In this document: positions 53,013 through 64,000 of the stretch, one piece after another
How positions within the stretch are numbered: the first letter of the stretch is position 1
How the letters are laid out: each line of letters opens with the position of its first letter
Made by a program: the position numbers and the translations under genes
The notes under the pieces: generated by a model
Seen by the model: only the letters and a program-made list of their open reading frames with translations
What the model was told of the DNA's origin: nothing
Database searches by the model: none
Assembly (NCBI RefSeq): GCF_004010195.1
Contig: NC_057734.1
Span: 25,032,206 to 25,096,205, forward strand
DNA: 64,000 nucleotides
Origin: Chiloscyllium plagiosum
Taxonomy: Eukaryota
Direction: 5' to 3'

Positions 53013-54915
53013 ATATTTTCTCCTTGTTGGCACTCTGGGCACTACCCCATCAACACAGCTATGTCAGCATCCAATCCTAGCCACCAGACATAACTTCATT
53101 TTGGAAACTCCTGGTGGAGTCCAGTCAATATCTGACAGTGACTTTTGCTCAGGACATTCAATCTTGCTCTCAATAATAATATGCTAACTTCTACAGTGAT
53201 CTGGTCTTGTCAGGTCCAGGAAGGTTTCAATTCTGGTTGTGATGGCCCTTTTAATTTCCACCATCACCACCAGCTGTTCTAGCTTTTCCAGGATCTTTGC
53301 TGTCCAGTTGGATATTGTCAGTGGTGACCAAAAGGGTGTTCAGAAAATTCAAAACCAGAATGGACTCTTCTAATGGCAGCATCACTGGTGGTGTGTCCGC
53401 CAGTAGAACATACATCCGCATTTGCCACTTAGCAGCCAGACGGTGTCCCAATTTGTAATTATATTCACTCAATAACTGCCCATTGCTGAATTGGACCTGA
53501 AGCTATGGGTATCATAGCCCTGCCCCTCTGAGTAGCCTGAGAAGGGGTTAGTGGCCCATTACAATTACAAATTTATGTTTGTAAAGATGTTGGTGGAACT
53601 TTCTTTCAAAGATGATAGATATTCTCTCTCTTTCTGGGCCTATTTTGTTTGGCATCAGCCAAAAAGTGTGGGAAACATACACTATTGGGTTTTTCTCTCT
53701 GTTGGGCCACTGATGAGCCAACACTACCCCTGTATTGTATGGGGAGGCATCACATGTGAGGACTATATCTCGCTTGGAATCAATGTGATAGTTCTCTAAA
53801 AGTTCTTTATTGGTCTTCCTGGTTATTCGCACGTCATCCAAGTAAATGGTGACCTCAAGTAGACCTTGTAAAATGTTCTCCATCGTCTGTTGGAAAATGG
53901 CACGGGGCTGATGACACCCTAAAAGGCAGTCTCATATTGGTATAGGGGTATTAGTTGTAGCATACATCTGGCAATCCTCATCTAATTGTATCTGCAAGTA
54001 TGCATGACTCATGTCCAGCTTTGTGAAGGACAGCTCCCTCCCCTCCATGTTTTGCGTACAAGTCATCTATGACAGAGATTGGGTATTTATCCAGCTGTGC
54101 AAAGAGGTTTACCGTTTGTTTGAAATCCCCAGAAAGGTGAACTGACCTGATGGGTTTCACATTCGGTATGAGTGGTGCTGCTCATTCTGCAAATTGTACT
54201 GGTTTGATGATTCCTTCACTTTCCAGCTTCCTGATTTCTGCCTCTACTTTTGCACACAAGGCAGAAGGCACTGGGCAGGCCTTGCAGAATTGCTTGTTGG
54301 TCAACATGTTGCCTTGGCCACTTGGCGGCCAGACGGTGTCCCAACTTGTAATTATATGCACTCAATAACAGCCCATTGTTGAACTGGACTTGAAGCTATA
54401 GGTATCATGGCCCTTGGCCTCCTGATTGTCCCTGGGCCTTCCTGAAAAACTCCCAGGTATTTAATTAAGACTTCACTCAGGCAGCCATTAGCTCGACATT
54501 TCTCGATTAGACAATGAAGTTGACTCTTTCTGAGTCAATGTTGGTGCATCAAGCATGGGCCCAAGCCTTTTACTACAGGTAGTGGTAACTAAACCAGCTG
54601 CTCCTTATAAGAGATCAGAACCAAAGTTTTACCCTTAATCTTAGGGGATTCCTGGTAATAGATTCTCAGCTTGGCTGAAGTCTTATGCAGATTTAATGAT
54701 TGGAGACCAGAGTGAGTTTTGTTAAAGACTGGTTCCGCGATCAGTGATACTGCTGCCCCAGTACCAACCTGCAGTAGAAATGGGTGACCACCTGATCAGA
54801 CGTTTAATTTGATTAGTTCTGGTTTGGACGTTGCTAAGCAATTAACTGTTCCAAACCAGCTGTAGGTGGATTTTCCAGGGTGTGCATTCTCCTGGACACC
54901 GGTCTATGAGTTCTT

Positions 54916-55161
54916 AGAATTAGAATGCCCACAGTGTAGAAACAGGCCCTTTAGCCCAACAAGTGCACACAGACCCTCTGAAGAGTAACCCACCCAGACC
55001 CAATCCCCAACCCTATTATCCGATATTCACTCCTAACTAATGCACCTAACCTACACATCCCTGAACACTATGAGCAATTTAGCATGCTAAATTCACCTAA
55101 CCTGCACATCTTTGGATTGTGGGAGGAAACCGGAGCACCTGGAGGAAATCCACACAGAGAG
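54916..55161 (-). mobile_element. tRNA-derived shark SINE (partial)
   Basis: Reverse complement of the HE1-like core and tail. Confidence 0.8.
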
Positions 55162-56139
55162 AATGGGCAAATTCTCTTCCTCAGTTTAGGGACACACTTT
55201 TGCTGTTTCAAGTCTGTATACTGGTAGCAACTGCAATAGACTGCCAGCCCCATTCTCAAGAAAAATTTATTCATTTGGCAGAGGCTTGGCTTTGGTTTGA
55301 GGTTTTGCTGTGGGCTGACCAAAAGTCCTTCTGTTCAGGATATGTTCTGAGTGAGGCGATGCAATTGCCTTCACTCAAGTGGTGTTCCCCAAGCTCAGTT
55401 GGTCTAGTGAGGGTGTTCACCTCTGTAAAAATACCATGTAGCTCATCAGCTCCACTTGCTGCAGTTTCTAATATCAAAGCCAGTTGTCATACCTGTTTGA
55501 AGTCCAGATGGGTTTCAGCTCATAGTCGTTTTTGCATTGTCATATCATTAATCCCGCATACCAGATGATCTCTCAGCATCTCACTTAAGGTTAAACCAAA
55601 ATCACAAGCCTCTGCCAGTCGTCTTAACCTCAAACATCCTGATACAGATTCCCTGGTTCTTGAACAATCGAGTAAAACCGATAGCATCTCAGAATTAGAG
55701 GTAGCTTGGGATCGTAATATTCCATAGCTAAATCTGTCAACTCTTGGAAGGTTTAAATATCTGATGCCTCAGGAAAAGTTAGGCCCCTATTAACCAAAAA
55801 AGATATGTCCACAAGCAGTCAGGAGACTGCTTGTGGACATCCACCCTAATGTCATTTGCCTGGAAAAAAATAATGCATTCTTTCCACATATTGGGCCCAG
55901 TCTTCAATGGCAGGATCGAATGAGTCAAGCTTCCCATATAATGTCATAATGCCAGAAATGCTTACCCCAACTCAAAGACAACTGTTGTGAACAAATCTCT
56001 TCAAGGTCATGTTTCTCTTGATACGAGCTACTGAAGTAACTCCACAAAGGCTGGTATCCTGTCACCAAGTCACCCTTTACTTGCACTTACATATTACATG
56101 ACACTGACCCAGCCAGTTCAGAGCCAGCTCGACTGATAC

Positions 56140-56231
56140 TAGATTAGATTAGATTAGATTAGATTGGGAATTGAACCCGGGTCTCTGGCGCTGTGAGGCA
56201 GCAGTGCTAACCACTGTGCCACCGTGCCGCC
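56140..56231 (-). mobile_element. Internally deleted SINE: tRNA-like head joined to (AATCT)n tail
   Basis: GGCGGCACGGTGGCACAGTGGTTAGCAC...GGTTCAATTCCC followed by AATCT x5. Confidence 0.75.
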
Positions 56232-57469
56232 TACTCTGACACTCGAACCTCTGGCACTGCTTTTTTTTTGTCTTTCTATTTTGTTTTTTTTCCTCCTTTT
56301 TTTTTTTACTACCGCCTAACTGCGGTACACTCCTGTTTATTTATTTATTTATTTATTTTCTTTACACAGTGAAAGACACAAAGTGCACCAATCTTTATTC
56401 AATTTCCACCACCAGGCACTCCTGTTTATATCTGTCACTGAGGACTCCCTGATTGGAGCTGTTGACTCTGTCCAATTAGGGAACTCAGATTCACCTGGCT
56501 GTTCTCATTCCAATAACTACAGACAGGATGAGGTTAGAAGGCTATTAAAAAGCATACTGTATCTTGGCTAATAAACAGATTGGGAGATTGCAAAACAAGG
56601 AAGTTATGCTAAACGATTATGAATGATTAGTTAGATATCAGCTAGACGAATACATCCACTTTAGGAACAATGCCAAAGCCTCAGGTGATTTGCAGAGGAA
56701 ATTTGGTATAATGGTGCTCAGGATGCAAGGTTTCAGTTACATGGAGAGCCTAAAGAACCTGGGTTGGCCCCCTTTAAGCAGGAGAATCTTGGGGTGATCT
56801 AATAGAGGCTTTCATAAATCAGAGTTTTGATAAATAAGGGGAAACCATTTCCAATGGTGGCAAGTTAGCAACTGCAGTAACCTGTTATGCAACTAGTGGG
56901 TGTCATGAGGAAATAGTTTATACACTTCGATTTACAATGTACAATGTGCTGCTCAAAAGGGTGGCAGAAGCAGGTTCAGTAATTGCTTTCATAAAGGTAT
57001 CAAATATTTTGACTTGCAGATCTGCAGATTATAGAAGAAAGCAAGGACAGGTATGGGTTGAGTGATGTCCACCTATACTGTATCTTTTGGTGATTCCATA
57101 ATCAAATATAATATCACACACTTATTTAATGATGCACATATGCAGATCTATTCAAGTAATTACATATTTTTAAACATATATATTTTATTATAATTATTAT
57201 AATCCCTGAACGGTCATAATTGTCTTACACTGTTCATCATGACCTCAGTTGTCACAGGAATCACATTTGGATTTCTGCCAAAAATTTAACTTATTTAAGT
57301 AGTCCAAAAAAATTCTCATCACATCACTTCCAATTAAGACATTGCCCTTTTATTATAATTTAAAGATAAACTATATTGTAACAATCCGAATAGCATATAT
57401 AGATGGCAATTTGACTCAAAAAAGGAAATTAAAAATGGAGCTCATATTTTTTTCAAATTGCATGGATTA

Positions 57470-57706
57470 TCTAGATTAGATTACCTACAGTGTGGAAACA
57501 GGCACTTCGGCCCAACCAGTCCACACCGACCCTCCGAAGAGTAACCCACCCAGACCCACCTCCCTCTGATTAATTGACCTAACACTATGGGACAATTTAG
57601 CATGGCCAATTCACCATGGCACATCTTTGGATTGTGGGAGGAAACCAGATCACCCGGAGGAAACCCACGCAGACACAGGGAGAATGTGCAAACTCCACAC
57701 AGACAG
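57470..57706 (-). mobile_element. tRNA-derived shark SINE (partial)
   Basis: HE1-like core and tail. Confidence 0.8.
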
Positions 57707-58293
57707 ATGGGTGTAATTTCCCAATAACTGTTACACTACCATAGTACTATGGATTTTATCCTGTTTACACAGTAGGGAATTCTTTAAATATATATCAGTG
57801 ACTTTCAAATTGTAGTAATTCACAAATATACAAATATTATAGCTACCTATGGCTACTAACATGCAGTTTTTGCTGCATATGTAGCTACCTACTATCATGC
57901 ATATCTGAATATTGAGGCAACTATGTACATCTGTATTTTCTTGATGGGCATAAACTACTTGGCACAGACCCAATATTTTCTGAGAATATTAGAACTTTGG
58001 TGTTCATATGGGAAAATTAATAAGTCACTGTAAAAAGTCCCATTAATCAGAAACTTAACTGGACCCTCATCATAAAATAATCATTTCTAGAAAGTCAGAA
58101 ACTATATGATTCAAAGTGAGTCACCTCCTGACTCCCTAAATCCTTATCTCCATCTACAAGAAAAAATCAGGAACGTGATGGAATACTGTCTATTAGCCTA
58201 CATTAGTCGAGCACTAACAAAATGCAAAGTTCAACCCCATTCAGTGCAAAGCAGCCTGCTTGACTGGCACCCCTTCCATTTTCACACCATTTG

Positions 58294-58780
58294 TGGCATG
58301 GTGGCTCAATGGTTAGCACTGCTACCTCACAGCCCTAGGGAAGAAAGTGAGGATTGCAGATGCTGGAGATCAGAGCTGAAAATGTGCTGCTGGAAAAGCG
58401 CAGCAGGTCAGGCAGCATCCAAGGAACAGGAGAATCGATGTGAAGGGCTTATGCCCGAAACGTCGATTCTCCTGTTTCTTGGATGCTGCCTGACCTGTTG
58501 TGCTTTTTCAGCAACACATTTTCAGCTCACAGCCCTAGGGACCCAAGTTTGATTCCAATTTTGGGCAAGCCTCTTGGTGCTCAGGTTTTCCTCCCACAGT
58601 CCAAAGATGCAGATTAGGTGGATTGGCCATGCTAAGTTGCCCATAGAGTCCAGGAACATGCAAGCTAGATAGATTAGCCATGGGAAATGCAGAGTTACCA
58701 GGGTAAGGTGGGTCTGGGTAGGATACTCTTCAGAGAGTCAATGTGGACTCAATGAGCTTCCACACTATAGGATTCTGTGG
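58294..58780 (+). mobile_element. tRNA-derived shark SINE interrupted by a family A palindrome
   Basis: Head GGCATGGTGGCTCAATGGTTAGCAC resumes after 58540. Confidence 0.8.
58341..58525. mobile_element. Palindromic Penelope-derived element, family A
   Basis: Inverted arms, TGAAGGGCTTATGCCCGAAACGTCGATTCTCC; 15-bp TSD CTCACAGCCCTAGGG 58326-58340/58526-58540. Confidence 0.85.
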
Positions 58781-59583
58781 TCCACCAACAGGGCACTGTT
58801 TTGAAGAAAGTAACATCTGTAAAATGCACACACCAACTTACCAAGACGTCTTTTTCAGTACTTCCCAAACTTTTGCTCTCTATCACCCAAATGAAGGGCA
58901 GCAAGTGCATCAGAGCTCTATCACCCTCCAAGACTCTTCCCAAGTCACACAGCATCCTGACTTGGAAATTTATCACTGTTCCTTCAATTCCACCAGCTCA
59001 AAATTCATCAAACTTCTATCCTCCAGTACCATGTAGGTATCCTTAGCACGTTAGGGTTGTATGGGTCACATCGAGGCACTTGGTGACTCAAGGGCAGTTA
59101 GAAATGGGCAATAAATCAGGTCTTGTCAGCAATACCGACATCTGAAATTTTAAAAAACTGCTAAGTGAATAATGTCCGCAGACTGAGGGGAATCGAACTA
59201 CGCAACAAAGCAACCCCATTCTAACAAACACTAGCTTGTATCAATATGCATGGAGGGAACGTTGGAGAACGAACAAGCTGAGACAAGTACTGCCTTCTCG
59301 GAGGTAACGTGGACGATCGATGTCGACAGATAGAATCAAAATGCAGAATAGCAAAATGTCACTACGAAAATCACGTTTTCTCCACCCTGACATGTTAACG
59401 ACTGAGCCATGATGACTTACAACAAAAATAATTCCTAAAAATGTACACGCCCACACAAGGTCCAAAATCAAGCATTCTACGCCCACACCTCCTCCCCCCA
59501 CCTCCCATCCACATACTTACATCGGCCGTAACAAAAATTAACTTGGATTTTACAGTAAAATAAACAGGAGGCCAGGATGATCT

Positions 59584-59704
59584 AACAAAAACCGAAAGAA
59601 CTGCGGATGCTGTAAATCAGAAACAAAAACAGAAACTGCTGGAAAAACTCAGCAATTCTGGCAGCATCTGTGGAGAGAAATTAGAATGAACGTTCCTGGT
59701 CCAC
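59584..59704 (-). mobile_element. Penelope-type terminal repeat half copy (family D)
   Basis: Reverse complement of ...TCTCTCCACAGATGCTGCCAGA...CCAGCA...CAGCATCCGCAGTTCTT, as at 9140-9230. Confidence 0.7.
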
Positions 59705-60195
59705 TAATTCTTCCTCATAATAGTCTCTGATTTCTCTCCAGGGACTGCGGCTGGCAAGCTTTTTGTATGTGTGCAGTTCCCTGTATGACACTCTGCAAGA
59801 AGCCAGACCGAAAAACTACCCAGGCCTAATGCGGGCTGCCCCCAGTAAATAACACACCTCACTTTCACGCTTATGTTGCGATACAAATGTCAAAACTAAA
59901 GTAGAACCCCCACCATCAGTAAACGCCCACTCGCGTTTCCGACACCTCCGTCTCCTATTCCAACAATAACAAGTCTGTTTGAAGCTACGGCTGGATCCCA
60001 CCAAACTGGGGAAAAGATGTTGCAAAACTGCAAGTCCTCTGTTCATGCCAAATATTATTGTATTTGAAAATAATTCCGTATCTTGATTGAGGCGTGGAGA
60101 TGTGGGAGAGAGGGCGGCAGCTTCATTGTTAAATTGGGGTGCTTGCTCTTTCAATGTAACAATGAAGGCTCTAAAATCAGCAACGATTCAAGTAC

Positions 60196-60420
60196 CTTCA
60201 TGACAGTCGCTCGATTCCACGTCCTGAAACTACAGCAACATGTCCGGCCTCTCGGTGCCAGAGGCTCAGGAGCTCGAACACAGTCCGAGACACCGTCAAC
60301 CTCTCGCGCTCCTACTGCGGCTGCGCACAACCGTCCACCGAGAAGGGGCGGGCCACCCGGTCTGACGGACACCCGTATTAGCCAATCGGGATCGTAATGT
60401 TGTGCCGCCCACGAGACAAA
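60196..60420 (-). promoter_or_regulatory. CAMKK2: CpG-rich putative CAMKK2 promoter plus candidate non-coding exon 1
   Basis: Strongest non-repeat CpG-dense patch in the window; GC box GGGGCGGGCC 60345-60354, TGACG half-CRE 60363-60367, AGCCAATCG 60380-60388; candidate donor GAAG|gtact at 60196/60195. Confidence 0.6.
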
Positions 60421-60580
60421 AGTGATAAAATGATGTTCGAACCGGTACAGACAGGAGGTGATTCGCGTGGAATATATGAGGTTATTTCGAGGGTTTGAAG
60501 TGTTTTGCTTCAGCTCTTCCTCAACTAAATTCAAATTTTACCATCTATCAAGATGGAATTCATATGGGTATATCAGGGTT

Positions 60581-60619
60581 ACTAGTCCAGTTACATTATC
60601 ACAATGTAACTGGACTAGT
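60581..60619. repeat. Perfect 17-bp inverted repeat with 5-nt loop
   Basis: ACTAGTCCAGTTACATT-ATCAC-AATGTAACTGGACTAGT. Confidence 0.9.
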
Positions 60620-62877
60620 TTCCATAACCTCACGTTTTACACGATTTATTCTACCATTTTGTCGTCCAATAACCTGTCCACAGCAATTAGAAGCTACTTA
60701 ACCTCCTCCCATCTTGCATTCTCACCTAGCTTGGTATCATTACCGAACTAGGGCATATTAACTTCTCTCCATCTAAATCACTAAGATTGTAAATGGCACA
60801 GCACTAGTCGCAGCCTGCCAACTGGAAAATGTCCCCTTCTGTAGCAAAAAATTTGTTTCATGGTTCATTACTAAAAGCTATATTCGGGATTTGATTGAAA
60901 AGTAAATATAATTAAAACCGTTTATCATACAAGTGGTAATGAAACACAATGGGTAGCCCACTTCTTGACGTCTTGGTAGAGCCAGGTTGTATTGTGTTAT
61001 CTCTGTAAAAGCTTGAAATACAAACTATTCATTTGAATACAAACTAGTCACCTAGCAAAATGAATGTGTTTAAGATAAAATAATTTTACAAAAATTGATT
61101 TTATTTATTGTTACATGTATCTTGCAAAATATAGTGAAAAGCATTGTATAGTGTTGCCACTCTGGCACCATCTTAAAACATAGAAAAATAAACCAAAACA
61201 GAATATAAAGGCAGAAAAATTAAGAACTAAGGGGTCCAACTTTACAGTACTTCTGGTTAAGTACTCTGTTGTAGGTCATGGGCCAGGTGGCCAGGCATGA
61301 CTCCTCCACTACACCGCAAGAACGAAAGTTGCCATTCTTTGACCACGAGCCCTTGCTGGATCTTGCCAATGCCACCAGGTACTAAACAGGCCCAAAACTT
61401 GATTCTGCCGCTGCCATTAGTCCACAATAGGCCCACTTTGCCAATGCAACAGTTGCTAATGCCACAAAGTCTCGTACAGTGCCCATCCTCCTCCATGCCC
61501 TTCTATTTGAAAGGGAGGGTGACGACTTTAGTGCATATGTAAGAAAAGTTTTGATAAGGTGGATTTGGTTACAATATTTCTTATCTTGGGTCTGGCCAGA
61601 ATTAGGGGACATGGTTTTAAAATTAAGGTTTGATCTTTCAGAACTAGCATGTTTACCTCTGTTCATATTTCATGTTTGTAACCATTCCAAAGCGTGCCAT
61701 AAGGTAAGGTAGGGTTAGAGGTTTTTATCTACATGGTTGCTGACAGAAGTAAGCAAATGAGTTCAGGAACTGACAGAGGTAGTTGTTGCTTTACTTTAGT
61801 CATCTAACCAGATTTAGTGAGCAAATAAAACATAGTGGTCAGTTAGGCTTGCACTCAAATCTCTGCCGTGTTTTCATTCCCTATGAGAATCACTCCTGTC
61901 TGCGACTCTGAGAGGCCAGGGCTTAATTCTGCTTCTAAAGGTTCTTATACTTACTTTAGCTAATCCTTTCCATTCTGTATACTTTCAAAAGTTAGAATCA
62001 TACAGCAGGCTTGTTCAACAAACAGCCCACAGACCTTATCATGGCCTAAACCATTCTTACAACCCATTTTTCTATTCCTAGACCTTGTATTCCTTTCTTT
62101 CCCCATATATTTAATCAACTTGTCAGTAGTCTTTTACAGGTTTCCAAAACACCCAGTCTTCAGATTTATTAGTACTCTTTGTAACAAGTCTCCAGCCTCT
62201 CCTTTTCGCCTATATCATCCTTAATTTTCTCAGGTAAGTCACAGATTAATTTTTCTAGCTGAATGTTTGACCTAAATAGAATACATTTTGTTGAACATTT
62301 TGAATTTTTAAAACCCTCACACTTTATTACAACTTCATGTCTATTTGCTTCCAAACTCTCCCCTTAACTATTAAGTTTTTGGTTTATGATTGGAATATGT
62401 AATTTTAAACTTAATATGAAATTGAATATTATGATCACTATTTCTCAATGGATTTTTAAAATAATGACATTAATAATTATCCCTACCTCATGGCACAATG
62501 CTATATTTAAAATAGCTTCATCCATATTTGGTTCCACCCATTGCTGCAGGAATCTGTTACAAGTCAACTTCTGGACCAACTTTGCCAATCTGATTGGCTC
62601 AGTCCAGTCTAAGAAGATTAAGAGCATGAAAGTCCACCTCAACAGTGACATTGTTTTTAAACGAGAAATTACTGAAACTTGTTACAATGCACTGTTAACC
62701 CTTACAATTACTTAGGGACCTATAAACCCTCAACAGTGTTTTTTGAACTTTGCTATTCCTAATGTTAAACCATGATAATTCTATTTCCTAATTTTCTGGA
62801 CCAATAACACACGTTGTTTTGCTAATCGTATATATGTGCATAAAGCTGAATGAAAATGACTATTTTTTAAACAAAAC

Positions 62878-63228
62878 AGCATGCACTGGTCAACCATAAG
62901 TGCAACATGAAGGTAGAAAACAAAAAGTTGGAAAAACTTGTGAATCTGGAATGCCCTTTGCAGGTGATTAAGTCTCAAAACTGCAAACTGGAGCTCACGT
63001 TCAACAAATCTGAACAGCATGCTGAATATTGTGGATCAAGGACTGAACCTTGTGCAGTTTGTGGTTGCAATGTTCTGGTCAAAGACAAACGTACAACACA
63101 TTTCCTGTGGCAAAGATGTGGAGAAAACAACTGTGTCAAACCTAGATCTGAGTATCACTTTGTTGATGATATTGGGACTTGGTTTGAAGCCAACCATTTG
63201 GGATTCTTCATTGGGCTGAAGAGAAGCA
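62878..63228 (+). pseudogene. TRAFD1/XAF1-family TRAF-type zinc-finger pseudogene fragment (closest to TRAFD1)
   Basis: HALVNHKCNMKVENKKLEKLVNLECPLQVIKSQNCKLELTFNKSEQHAEYCGSRTEPCAVCGCNVLVKD resembles the TRAFD1 segment C-K-C...ECPLR..CQHC.LEL....EHEDYCGARTELC..CGRNVLVKD; several Zn ligands lost, apparent frameshift after VKD. Confidence 0.75.
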
Positions 63229-63318
63229 TAGATTAGAGTGGTGCTGGAAAAGCACAGCAGGTCAGGCAGCATCCGAGGAGCAGGGAATTTGACGTTTCGG
63301 GCAAAAGCCCTTCATCAA
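63229..63318 (-). mobile_element. Penelope-derived family A half copy
   Basis: Minus strand TTGATGAAGGGCTTTTGCCCGAAACGTC...GATGCTGCCTGACCTGCTG. Confidence 0.78.
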
Positions 63319-63544
63319 TTCTGGTATAGCTGTGTTAAGTATAATGAGAACTCTTGATTGTTCTGTTTCTTTACACATGTAGTAACTTTAAATAGCTCCA
63401 ATTCTACCACCTTTTTAATGATATAGAAAGTGGGTGTATAAGTGGCATTGTGGATTTGCAAAGATTTCTTCTATCTTTTAAGAAAGAAAAATACATACTG
63501 AGATAAAATATTTCAATGCTAAGCAAAGACCACCAATCTGGACT

Positions 63545-64000
63545 TCCACTTTTATTCGTCATTTATGTAAATGATTTGGATGAGAATTTAGGAGGCATGG
63601 TTAGTAAGTTTGCAGATGACACCAAAATTGGTGGTATAATGGACAGTGAAGGTAGTTATCTATGATTACAAAGAAATCTTGATCAATTAGGTCAATTGGC
63701 TGAGGACAGGCAGATGGAGTTTAATTTGGATAAATGTGAGGTTTTGGATTTTGGTAAAACAAACAAGGGCAGGATTTATACAGTTAATGGTAGAGGCCTT
63801 GGTAGCATTGTAAAACAGAGACACTTAGGGGTTCAGGTACATAATTCTTTGAAATTTTCATCACATATAAATAGGGTGGTTAAGAACGTGTTTAGCATGC
63901 TTCCTTCATTGCTCAGATCTTCAAGTATAGGAGTTGGGATGTCAAGTTGAGGTTGTATAGGACGTTGGTGAGGCCTCTTCTGGAGTAGTGTGCGCAGTTC
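63545..64000 (+). mobile_element. CR1 LINE RT fragment
   Basis: LLFVIYVNDLDE..FADDTKIGG..QMEFNLDKCEV. Confidence 0.88.

Larger units (their letters stand above)
47515..56521 (-). mobile_element. Decayed full-length Ty3/Gypsy LTR retrotransposon with nested insertions
   Basis: Similar LTRs 47515-47739 and 56032-56521 (TGAA..TACA); PPT GAGGGGAAAGGA at 47740-47751; gag LSEMLRDHLVCGIND, RT GDFKQTVN and IYLDDV, RNase H LTCDASPY, integrase PYYPSFNG; near-TSD GGCAG/GACAG. Confidence 0.85.

Noticed and set aside
60083-60534. GC-rich ORFs of 104 and 127 aa
   Set aside because: Expected stop-codon depletion in a CpG-rich patch; no recognisable domain.

Overview
Vertebrate nuclear DNA, most likely a cartilaginous fish (inferred from shark-type tRNA-derived SINEs and dense CR1 LINEs). 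The window holds the 5' half of CAMKK2 on the minus strand. Six coding exons with canonical GT-AG junctions splice in frame (29466-29981, 15662-15709, 15088-15141, 14723-14774, 7612-7745, 4146-4182), a CpG/GC-box/CCAAT promoter with a candidate non-coding first exon lies near 60.2-60.4 kb, and the gene continues off the left edge. The introns are packed with decayed CR1/L2 LINEs, SINEs, Tc1/mariner-type MITEs, solo LTRs, two Gypsy relics and a Tx1-type LINE. A decayed TRAFD1-like zinc-finger pseudogene fragment lies upstream (62.9-63.2 kb). The most notable signal is a set of about 11 short elements, in at least four sequence families, that are mostly fold-back palindromes. Most carry an intact or decayed minimal hammerhead-ribozyme core (CTGANGA-stem-GAAAC/G), and several have 8-16 bp target-site duplications. 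A decayed Penelope-like RT relic ending in the same kind of terminal repeat is present at 8.3-9.2 kb, suggesting non-autonomous, ribozyme-bearing Penelope derivatives. Coordinates of decayed repeats are approximate; family assignments are from motif recognition, not database search.
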